Below are positions 1 through 10,829 of a stretch of 64,000 bases of DNA, piece after piece. Origin of the DNA: Basidiobolus ranarum. Its lineage: Eukaryota. The translations under genes and the position numbers were made by a program. The stretch's first letter is position 1. Every line of letters begins with the position of its first letter. Under the pieces are notes generated by a model. That model was not told where the DNA came from, searched no databases, and saw only the letters and a list, made by a program, of their open reading frames with translations. The DNA is taken from contig JASJQH010006879.1 in NCBI GenBank assembly GCA_040143965.1, positions 1-64,000 on the forward strand, in the 5' to 3' direction.

Positions 1-91
1 TCCTATTTAGAATATAGGGGCTATAGATACGTTGCTTTCTGTTTCTGATATATGTATCATAACTAAAGTTAACTATGATGTTGAATAAAGA

Positions 92-409
92 TTAATTATC
101 CAACAGAAACTTGTCTGACAGGCTATACAGGACTATGACTATGATATCTGGATCAGTATTAGGCACTCCAATGCATTCCATTTCATCCACTAAAATAGTG
201 ACTCTATTAATCAGTAATTTAATGTTTTCCATTCTAATTTTCCAAACTTGAAAATTGGTTCCATCCAATTGTGCAGTGAAGGGAAAAGTTCTAGAAATTT
301 GAGAAGTAAGCATTACAGAGAATGCAAGCTTGGGGCTCATAACCTGTTGAAGCATTTTGGGTGCCTGTTGGAAGTGGTTTGGAGAATTAGAGAAATTGGT
401 GGTTTTCAC
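92..409 (-). mobile_element. Degenerate Ty1/copia-type gag remnant
   Basis: The ORF contains LDGTNFQVWKIRM, resembling the copia gag N-terminus (DUF4219-like), joined directly to LVDEMECIGVPNTDPDIIVIVLYSLSDKF, resembling Retrotran_gag_2. It has no ATG start and looks internally deleted. No pol or LTR was recognised. Confidence 0.55.
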
Positions 410-1125
410 TTTTTGATTTATTGAATTGAAAGTTGACTTTTATACTTTTGTCAAGATGTAAGCAAACCAACATGTTAAATGTGTTAATAAAGGTCCCAGG
501 AGCATGTGTGCAAATTTTGGGGCTTCTAGCACTAGTTTGAAACATCTATATATCTGAGAACTTTCAAGTATATTGAGAATAAAGGGTGATTTCTTAGTTC
601 AATATGGAATAGCTAAATACTAAACTATATATAACTCTTTGGATGTTTAGGCTATGCTTATTTCAACAGGAACTTGTATTCCAGTGTAGCTCACTGAGCG
701 CAAGTACATATTGCTATGTTTCGCAAAAAAGAATTAAAGTCACCATATGTATCGGGCCTAGATGACATAGCATAAATTAAGCCACCTACAAATGATATAG
801 GAATAACTAGATAGCTCATTTATATACTTTTAGTATCGGAACCGAGCCATTCGCTGGTTTGAGAAGTTAAATTAGATTAGATAAATATGAGGTGAATATA
901 TGGCAACGATTGAGTACTTATTATAGAATGCAAATGTCATTTATCCCATGAAAACTCCAGCAATACCTTTCAAGCATTTATAACAAATGATATGACCATA
1001 ATTTCGATTGCTACTGATAGAAAGAATAGGGGGAAGTTACTATTTATAGAAATGGAGGAGCATATGGTGGTTCTATCCAAATAAGTGGCATTGCAGTGAA
1101 CTCCAGCTGGTGACTCTCATGAGGT

Positions 1126-2075
1126 TTAATGAGATGTGGAGGCTTCGGCAGAGGAGTAATTAAACTGGGTGGTAGCAAAATCAGTGGTCTTATTCTTCCC
1201 ATAAGGCAAGTCTGATGGCCCTTTGATGATAACATTTCTAGAACGAGCTTTTTCGGCATTACGAAATTGCTCCACCGTGAACTTGGAAGATACTGCCCCT
1301 AGTAAATGGGTTAATGAGGTGAAATATGGATAGATTGGGTGAGTGATGGTTTACATGAGGCGGCGAAGAGTGTGGAGGATCTGGTTCCAAGCACATTGGT
1401 CACGGTAAGGGTAACTATGATCACGCTAGAGGCAGACGTTACCAAAGAATACAACGTTCCATCCCGTAGAAGGGTAGCAAATAGATTGGATCGGTTGAAC
1501 TTGTATGAGTGATAAATATTGGTTAAGAAGCATATGGTGAGATAGAAATTGAGTAGATTATCGGCAATGATCAGTGCAATGATGGCTATACTTTCCACAT
1601 GCACACTACATGACCTCAAAGCAGGCGCACCCTCGTACAAATGAAACTCGGCCATATCCGATACCTGGATGGTGGAAAGGTTCCAAAGTGAGCAACCGAA
1701 ACAAATTGTAAGTAGACCACAGCCAGGGAATAGAACAGATTTAGCCCGGTTATTGCAGTAGTATGCTTTCATCAATAAAATTAACTCAATACATATAAAT
1801 GAGATCATGTACAAGCAGGCACTGGAGTACACGCGAAAATGACAAAGAAAGTTGAGTGTGAAATCCATGAATACGTTGACTATCATACAGAAACAGCCAA
1901 TAGCTGATTGAACCAAACACAACGTATAGATAGGTTGCCGGTTTCGTCGATGGAGTTGGTAGGAATGGTAGAAGTTGCTGATAAAGACCACCATCGACAT
2001 GGCCACCAAAGCAATGCTTATTTTTTGGAACAGTATCTCTGCGCGTTCCTCCGCATTCATGGCAGGAGAAGCCAT
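1126..2075 (-). CDS. Multi-pass (about 7TM) GPCR-like membrane protein, 2 exons
   Basis: Long hydrophobic ORF with TATATAAA at ~2118-2125 on the minus strand. A GT-AG intron at ~1354-1299 joins the last exon WAVSSKFTVEQF...STSH*. Confidence 0.7.
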
Positions 2076-2708
2076 ATGGACGTGAGAGCTGGCAACAACT
2101 GGGTGTATCTCGATGGCTTTATATAGTTTACGAGAAACCCTCACTCCAATAACACATCAACCATTAATTTAAGACAAGTGACACCTGGAAGTTACAAATC
2201 ATGCTTAGAATTAGGGGTTGCGGATATAGATGCGGATGTGGATGGTGACAACACAAACCATATTCCTGATAAGCTTTTACCATCCAGCATGCAACTGCAT
2301 TAGCGTCTCATATATGCGGTTATAAATGGCATCATTAAAAGCGTGTGGAGAGTAGGGAATATTCCAATATTTAGAATCCAACACTCATGCTTGTAGAACC
2401 CCTATTTCACTTCCTATCTCAACGTTATTAGATGCACAGATTTCGAACAGCTAAAGGGTGACTTTATTGTTACTATTTAAGAACTCCTACGGCTGCTCAG
2501 AAGCAGTACCTTTTAGTTTAAGATTAAGTACAAGTCGTTAGGATCGTTATATGGGTCGTTCGTAGCACAACGATGGATAAACCAGAGTGGACTTTATATG
2601 ATTAATGTAATGAAACAATATAATACAAGCTATAGAAAATCTTAAAGCCAAGTAGAATGTGTGAGAGATTCTACTGGATACGAAGAAAGGGCACAAAACA
2701 TTTGCTAA

Positions 2709-3733
2709 TCAATAGATAGTGCGAGTTAGTGGGCGATGTTGAGCTGTACCTTCCTCTAACCTATCTTGTGAGATACTCTCTCTATCTTTTTCGAGTGGCC
2801 CATCTTCATCATCATCTAATAAAAATTCAGAGGCGTCCATCTCCATAATCTCACGGTCATCATCCAAGGCAGGGGTAACATGTTTCTCTTTTAAAAGCTG
2901 ATCAATTAACCAAAATTGAATTATATTCATGACCAGTGGGAAAATCAACATAACGAACACCACTTCGATCTTCGGTGATGGTCTGAAGGGTGCTAGCAAG
3001 GCACGAACCACGGGAAGTACAAACGGAATCGAATAGATAATAAGTAAAAGAATCTTATTAATCAAAGACATCCCAATAAACCATCCCAGTTGTCTTAACC
3101 AAGTGGAAACGTTAGGTGGATGGCCATATTCTCCTGTTCGCAAATCATGCCATTTGTAGCGATGAATAAGCTTGTTGGAAAACTTAATAAGAAAATACAT
3201 GGTCGCTACACCGAACGTAGTATCGATGAAGACATTCAGAAAATACCTAAAGCAAAAGAAAACGCATAGTTTAGGTTGGATCATTATTGGTCATAGATTA
3301 AGCAACAAAGGATTACCAGTCACAAGGATTAGACTGCTCATCGGTAACTAGACTTGCATAACTCAAAAAAACGTTGACAAAATGTATGAATCCAGCAGCG
3401 AAACCTTGCTTCGAGGTATCAAAAAACCTATACAAAAATTAGAAAAAGCAGAAAAGGGCGTCAAATAGATATCGAGCTCACCAGATGAGTAGTGGTCTCC
3501 TGGGATTCTCCTTCTGTCTTTTAACTACATGATTTTAAGTATATTTAGTTACATACATCCAATAAAAACACCTTGGATAACCTACTCAGTAAGGTTGAGA
3601 AAGCAGCGAATGCGAGAAAAGCTTGAACACTAAGTGCAAAGTTATCGGTGAGAGAGCATTGTGCCATACGCTCTCTATAAGGTGGAGGAGTATTATTGAA
3701 AGGTGGACTCAGATCGGGTAAGAGTGGATCCAT
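2709..3733 (-). CDS. STIMATE/TMEM110-family (YPL162C-like) membrane protein, 4 exons
   Basis: Spliced motifs KRQKENPRRPLLIWFFDTSKQ, NPCDWYFLNVFIDTTFG, GEYGHPP..W..Q and FPLVMNIIQFWLIDQLLK. Confidence 0.85.
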
Positions 3734-4003
3734 TGTTACAGACAGAATATAATCTCACCAGCGGTCACTTCAATCAAGTGAGCAAACAGCTTTTCTAGAG
3801 ATTGACAAGAGAAAGTGAATCTATTAAAATTAGAATTTTATTGCCAAATATGAATCATGGACTGGGACTAGGACAACATCAGGAACCATGGGTAAAATGA
3901 TAAATCATCCATCTCGATTTGTTCTTTCTTATTAGCCACTCTTCTATTTGCCATAATTAGATCAAAGTTAATTTATTTGATTACTCGGAAGTTTCCATAA
4001 CGC

Positions 4004-4062
4004 TAGTGTGAGGAATATATTAGAGTCTAGTGTGAAGAATATATTAGAGTATAGTGTAAAGC
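4004..4062. repeat. 24-bp tandem repeat, about 2.5 copies (TAGTGTGARGAATATATTAGAGT[C/A])
   Basis: Units start at 4004, 4028 and 4052. Confidence 0.85.
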
Positions 4063-4638
4063 AATAATCAATAGTATAGTATGATACGGTAATAAAGAGA
4101 AAAGTATTAGTTATGGGAAAGTTAAATTTATCTATTTAAGATTAGCCAATGCTCACGAATCAGAGTAGTCAACGTCAAGCTCTGATTACTGCTCAATTTG
4201 GATGCTAGCTAGGTCTTGATAACTAAGCTTTGGCTTTAACATAGAAATAGCTTATCTCTGCAATAGGTATCTGAAATGAATTTCTCCAATTTTCTTCATT
4301 CCTCTTCACTCCACTAATTACTATAACTTGACCGTAACTCTAGCAAACATCCTTTCACACCAGCCCTTTCGCTCTGGCTTCTATGGTTATTCTTTTAGCT
4401 CCGACTTCCTTGACTTGCTGAATGTGTATGCCTGGATTATATATTGTTGATAGATCCTGTGCGAATCAACATCGACTGAGCTAAGCTTTCGGAGTTACGT
4501 GTCGATTTGCTCATCTCCATGAATTTACCAGTTTTGAGTTCATTAAAATGTGATGTCATACAATAGCAAGAGTAAATATAAGAACCAGATGTGAGCTAGA
4601 TGAGAGCCAGAAGATAAACAATTATCACGCATCAAAAA

Positions 4639-4908
4639 ATGGCCTATGTTCCACTAACCGACATTGACCAACTAGAATCTATGAATCCCTCCAGTGCTCC
4701 AGTGATGACTCAAGGAAGTCCTCTGAAAGCCTCCCGTACCTCCGCGTTTACTCACATTGTTGCTGGCAAAGTCCAGGGGACATACGGAAATATCACTGGT
4801 GATGAGAATGCCATTGCACTGGGAAAAGAGTTGGAACAACAAGGTGAAGAGGAGTTGGATCTCTCATATAAAAAGCATTACTACAAAAAATCACAGTTCT
4901 CGAGCTGA
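4639..4908 (+). CDS. Small protein with a CsbD-like stress-protein motif
   Basis: ATG in AAAAAATGG context with a TATA-like TAAATATAAG at ~4573. GKVQGTYGNITGDENAIALGKELEQQG resembles the CsbD core. Confidence 0.5.
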   Translation: MAYVPLTDIDQLESMNPSSAPVMTQGSPLKASRTSAFTHIVAGKVQGTYGNITGDENAIALGKELEQQGEEELDLSYKKHYYKKSQFSS

Positions 4909-5912
4909 AACATTGCTGTATATAATGCACCCCCATCCTCCAAATAAAGGCCCATAAGAACAGAACTAATGCACAGTATAAAGCATAAGAACAGGACCGA
5001 TATAATATGAGAGCAGAACTGCTATCATTACCAAGGAAAGCAAGTATCCATATATATATTCATCAGAGTAAATTAATTAAATGCAGATCGAAACTACTCT
5101 GCACTACCTGCTCAACCACTAGTTGTCCAACGCTCACCCACTCAACACCGACAATATTCTCCTAGCCAATTAATATTACGTCCACCTGACCTGAACCAAG
5201 CTTATTATTGATTGTATTCTAGCTCCAAACTCAATGTGTTTGATCTCAACTCAACCCTAACCCTAGCATTTCTCACATCACGATCAAAGTAAATCCAACC
5301 AAAAGCCTCAATGTGATGATGAAAAGATAAACCTTGCAGCAATGATGGATTGATAAACCCAACCTCAGCTTGAGTGCACTTGGCAACATATTATTACTGA
5401 AACTAATTTAAGGATTCGAGCCGGAACTATAGATTCTATGTGCATATACGCCTGTAACGCCTCATTTCAAATCATTGCTATTCTCACATAAGAGTAAACA
5501 AAAAACTGAATCAAACACAGATCTTGTTATTATGGGGTATTCCAACCCTCCCCTCCCCTCCCCTGAGCCGTAAGTGTATTCAAATTAGGGTAGAGACGTT
5601 GCAAAGTTTGAGTTTGGGGTCCATTTTTACTATTTGCTTCACTTGCCATTTCTTGATTCACACAAAGAGCAGCTAACTATAGACGCTATTACTCTACCCT
5701 TTTTCCCAACCCAAACCAAACCAAAAAGCCTTCCCGACTTTTTGCGAGACGTGTGCATACACGCTTCTTTCTCTTTCCTTTAAGAACTAGTTCTCGATTA
5801 AACTAACTTTACTACAGAATCTTTGCCAGAGTTGTATTATATACTCGAAAGCTTCGTATCAATTAGATCTTCTCTTACGTAAGTGTATTTTTCTGTTTCT
5901 TAACCAAGAAAT

Positions 5913-8403
5913 ATGCCAACAACTACCATGAGTTGTTTGCCTACGCAAAATCATTTTCCTCAAAAAAGTTGCTCAAAGCAAAAACTTGAGCGCAATTTTG
6001 GAAGAGGAAATACTCAGAGCCCTGATCGGTCGTTATCCTCCACTTCACTGTTATCTTCTTCTATTCCTTCCCCCTCGTTACCACAGTCTCATAAACAGGC
6101 TTTTCCTCACAATTCGCCGACTATCAGTAGTGATGTTGCCACTGAGAATCTAAAGCCTGTGGACTGTGTTCAACATAGTGAATCTTCAGAATCACAAGGA
6201 CATATAACGCCACACTCTGTTCCTGCCTCACCGAATCACCCAGTGCAAGACTCACAACCTTCTCATTTTTATCCTTGGGGGGTACAAGGATTTTCTGGCT
6301 CTCCTATTCCTCCTCCACAGAATTGGGGTCTCTTACCCCCACATTATCCTGCTAATGGTTCCCCTGTACCAATGATGTCTATGATGTGGACTAAAGTAGA
6401 TGCAAACGATTCAAAAGGTTCTCCCACCTTTGCTAATGGACATATTCCAACTTCACCAAGTTATGCAACTCAGGGAAGTAACCAAAACAGTCCCTCTCAA
6501 CCACCACAGGTAGCACCTATCATGTATTACCCTATCCCCTTTGGCTGGAATACTGGAGGCCAACCTCCAGAATGGCCTCACTATGGGGGATACATGCCAT
6601 ACCCTCCCGTTCCTATATTGATTGGACCCAATGGCTACCCAGTATCCATGGTTCCACCACCGTCAGAAGGTTTTGGCTGGCCCGCCCCTGGCACCAACTT
6701 GGAATCCTCTCGACAAAGCCCGATGTCTAATCATAGACAACCAGAAAATCTTGAACAAGCCTCTAACGAAAAGGTTAAGCATCCCCCGAGTACAACCGAA
6801 GAGACGAACTCCGCCTCACATCCACAAGAAAAGGCTGAAACAATTAATCAGTCGCGAGTTAATGATATTCCACAAGAGACTGAGCGGATGATGGCCGACT
6901 TCAATGATCTAAGTGTTTCTCATCATACAAAAGGGACTGATCAAGTAAGCCAAGAGCCTCAACATCCATCTGCCGAAGATCCACAAAAGCATACTAGATC
7001 TTATCAGCCCAGAAGTGAGAACGGACATCATCAAGGTAACCGTTACAATAAAAAAACATTTCACCGTGGTAATACTTTTGGAGAACAAGCAAAGCCTGAA
7101 CGTTCTTATACAAATCGAACAAATCAACCAAGTAGAGGAGCTGGCCAATATGAAGGAAAACGAGTATTAGATAAGACTGACCCTCGTTACCTTAAGGCAA
7201 GATCTAGATTTTTGTCGATTCTCACTGACCACGCTTCAGAACTCTTTTTACAGTTGACTCCATCTGTTGAAGAAGTAAGTCGCAGGGAACAACTTTACTT
7301 TCGTATTCATAGTATCTGTGAAGAGCTTTTCCCAGATGCACAATTGTTTCAGTTCGGTTCTACTGCGAATGGGTTCGGGTTGAAAAATGCTGATGTGGAT
7401 TTCTGTTTGTGTACTGCTGAGAATTCTTCGCTAACCGCTGTGGCATTTGTCGAGAAACTTGGAAGTGTACTGATAGAAAGGGGCATGGAGAATGTGATGC
7501 TTCTTACACGTACACGCATACCGATCATCAAGCTTAAAGACCCCATCAGCTCGTTGAATTGTGATATTGGTTTCAACAATCGATTGGCCGTTTACAACAC
7601 ACGATTACTGAGGATGTATGCTGAGGTTGACCCCCGAGTAAAACAAATTGTTGCTGTGGTTAAACACTGGGCCAAGAGTAGACAAATCAATGAACCATAC
7701 TTGGGTACCCTCAGCTCATACGCATATGTTTTGATGATTATCTTTGTGTTGCAGCAAAGAGGAGTTCTCCCTTGTTTGCAAGAAATATACGAAGGAGAGA
7801 AGAAGGAAGTTATGGTTGATGGTTATGATGCATATTTCTTCGACAATATCACAGACCTGCCGAAACACTGGCAAAGTCAAAATAATGAAACTCTAGGGGA
7901 GTTGTTGTATGAATTCTTCCGTTATTACGCTAGCGATTTTTCGTACTATGGTTCTGTTCTTAGGTAAGAGCAATTCTAAGTGACAATCTATGGCCTTAAT
8001 ACTAACCAATGTTGAATCGATAATTTACAGTGTAAGAACTGGCCAAGTTATAAACAAGGAAGAGAAAGGATGGACGTCAGAGGTAATTGATTCAAGTTGT
8101 GATTTCTGGACTTAGAGAGTCTTAAACTAACCTAATGATTAGGCTACTCGAGAATCTGGACCCTCTGCTCACGTCCAAGACCGTTACTGGGTATGCATTG
8201 AGGACCCTTTTGAGATTACACATAATTTGGGACGTCCTGTTAGTAAGAACAGTCTATATACTATTCGAGGGGAGTTCATGAGAGCAGCCAATATACTCGG
8301 CGGCACTCGAACCAGCACCATCCTCGAACGTCTATGTCAGGTTTATATTCCTGAAGAAGAGCCACCAAGAGGACCTCCAGGGGTACATGAGCGCACTAAC
8401 TAA
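5913..8403 (+). CDS. cid1: Cid1-family terminal uridylyltransferase with a long low-complexity N-terminus, 3 exons
   Basis: FGSTANGFGLKNADVDFC (GS plus DxD), RIPIIKL, CDIGFNN, GTLSSYAY. After introns at ~7964-8030 and ~8083-8142 comes the PAP-associated motif IEDPFEITHNLGR. Stop TAA at 8401-8403. Confidence 0.9.
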
Positions 8404-8818
8404 GTAGTCACATACGTTGATCGTTATTTCCAAGCACTCACGCTAAAGAAGCATTTACAGTTCAAAAGACCATCGTAAGCTCCAAGGATCATACACATGA
8501 ATACTGGTCTTTTAGTTTGGATAGATTTTCCTCTAATTTTATATTATCCATTCAGTGACTTTCATCCTGATACTCTATTTTTGTTTATTTGAAAAGATTT
8601 ATAGCTTTAATCATTCGTCGGTGTGGCCAAATTTCATACAGATTCTTTTTGAACCTCCACCTTCATTCTCCATGTAATTTTACCAATTCCTTGATCCTTC
8701 CCCCTCCCCTCTCCTCCCGTTCCCCACTCCTCTCCCATTCATCTCAAAAAGCACTTTTAATTTTCTAGTATTTTCCTATGTTTGAATATTTGTAATTTTT
8801 ACCTGTTAAAAAAATGAA

Positions 8819-8903
8819 AAAAAATAAAAAGATGTATTATAGGGAATCGAGAGGTTGCTTAAAAAAATAAAAAGATGTATTATAGGGAATCGAGAGGTTG
8901 CTT
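8819..8903. repeat. About 42-bp perfect direct tandem duplication (AAAAAAATAAAAAGATGTATTATAGGGAATCGAGAGGTTGCTT x2)
   Basis: Two adjacent identical copies. Each includes an AATAAA downstream of the TUTase gene. Confidence 0.9.
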
Positions 8904-9134
8904 ATATCCAAGCAACGTGACAATCAAATAGGGAATATATTTATATATATCCAATCGAGATGTGCCATTGAAATTCAAAAGATGTAATGTTAGGCGATCG
9001 GTTAATAGGCATAGATTATTGTGGGACACATCTTCATAGGTTAGAAAAATTTGAATTCCCTTCCTAGAAATAAGCCTTGTGCATACACTCAACGCTAATT
9101 CTTACTTTAGAAGTATTAGGACTGTAATTTAATT

Positions 9135-10559
9135 ATGTATCGTATCAGTTCACATATTCCTTCAAGGCCACTCTCCTTGAGTACCTATGCTGCTACACAA
9201 CTCTTGTAAGTATTTCTCTTAATAAGAGGTGATATTGTATACCGTTCACTCCCTATATGTAGCAAAAGAGGTAGCACACTTTCGTAAACAACCAACTAAT
9301 TGCCAAATTTCCTCTCCTTTAGAATTCCTTCGAAAAGAGTATTGGTTTGTAATACTAGGTAGGAGAAGATAAATTTTGTTACTTCATTTTCTTGTTACAT
9401 ATGGCTGAACGTTAAGTTATCTAGCATATATCGTTTCAAACATTCCGCCACTTCTACTCTTGATGCAGCAACAGGAAAGTCTACTCAAGTTTCTAAGCCG
9501 GTTAACTCTTCTATCAGTGTTGCCAATTCGTTTGACTTTACCATAGGTGGTAAGGCGAATGTCACCACTTTAGAACGTTTCAAAGAGTTACTTGTATTCT
9601 ACAAGAACGGGATAAAGAAGACCTTTTCAAATAAGAAGGCAGCCAAGGTATTAAAGGCAAAACAAGCAGCTGGACAAGAGTTAACCAGAAAAGAGTTTCA
9701 ACTGGTAAATAGGAACCAACTGACTATCCTTTCAACTGTGTTATCTAACCAATTGGTCATCTTTATTTTGAAATTGTATTTATCCAGGTTTCTGGTGCTT
9801 TTTCTGACTCTAGAAAACTTGTCCCTTTCGCGTTCTTATTGATCTTATTCCCAGAGGCTATACCATTTGTTTTGGTGTTCGCACCTAGTGTTGTTCCTTC
9901 TACATGTATCACTGAGACCCAAATGGTACCTAAAGGAATACATTACAAATTATAATCATGAGTAATATACTAACCAATTTACGTCCTTGATCAGCAAAAC
10001 AAAATCAAGAAGGTTAATGAAAAACGTGGAGTGATTGTCGAAAGTGTATTAGAAAGTCTTGAGAACGGAGTTCATGCGGTAAGATAGCCAGGATATCTAG
10101 AGTCCATTGGTAGAATAACTCAGTAAAATTGAATTCATCTCCATGTAGTTGACCAAAGAAGATTTCCAGTCCACTAATGGAATCATGCAATTAAGTCGTC
10201 GCTTTCAAAATGATTTCCAATTGAACGCTATTCAACAGATTCAATTGTCTGCTTATTGTCGTTTCATGGGATTAGCCGACTTTGGACCTAAATTTATGTT
10301 GGAACGTCGTTTATCAAAACATCTTGATTATCTTCGTGAGGATGATGGTTATCTCTCCAGAGAAGGTATCAACACACTCTCTCGAGATGAATTACGTTCA
10401 GCTAACGAAGAACGTGGTATGAAGTCTATTGATATTGAAGACAAACAATTGGCTCAAAATCTCCAGAAGTGGGTGGATTTACACTTGTCTACTGATCCTG
10501 TAGTGCCTAAAGGCCTGATGGTATTTAGTAGAATCTTGCAAAACTTACCTTCAAAATAA
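9135..10559 (+). CDS. LETM1-like (LETMD1-type) mitochondrial inner-membrane protein, multi-exon
   Basis: Presequence-like start MYRISSHIPSRPLSLST, then ELLVFYKNGIK, LTRKEFQL, DSRKLVPFAFLLILFPEAIPF, PSTC and HLDYLREDDGYLSREG..LSRDELRSANEERGM. The start codon is inferred from splice phase. Confidence 0.75.
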
Positions 10560-10829
10560 CTTTAGCAAAATATGCACTTCATAATTTAGATGATAAGCTA
10601 GCTTTTACCAAAAGTGTACCCTTTGCATGTCCACTCTCTTGAGTGCTTAATAAAATTTCTTTGTCAATCAAGCGTTTAAGGAGATCTGATGGATCACGTG
10701 GATGATAACCAACTCTTGTATTTAGCCAGTGAGACACGCGACTTTTATAATGCATATATATATATGTATATATGTATATATTTCTAGTTTCGTCGAACAT
10801 AGTTTTCTTGACCCACTAATATCTACCAA

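Noticed and set aside
1044-1259. 71-aa ORF as a separate gene
   Set aside because: It overlaps, in another frame, the terminal exon of the 7TM gene at 1126-2075.
4004-4062. Short repeats here and at 57224 as CRISPR-like arrays
   Set aside because: The units are directly adjacent with no spacers, there are only 2-3 copies, the context is eukaryotic, and no cas genes are present.
5311-5400. Possible box C/D snoRNA (GTGATGA ... CTGA)
   Set aside because: No terminal stem and no recognisable rRNA-complementary guide. Such boxes arise by chance in AT-rich DNA.
9263-9270. Apparent 8-nt microexon (CAAAAGAG) in LETM1-like intron 1
   Set aside because: Inclusion breaks the frame from both candidate ATGs. 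It cannot be called a poison exon without RNA data.
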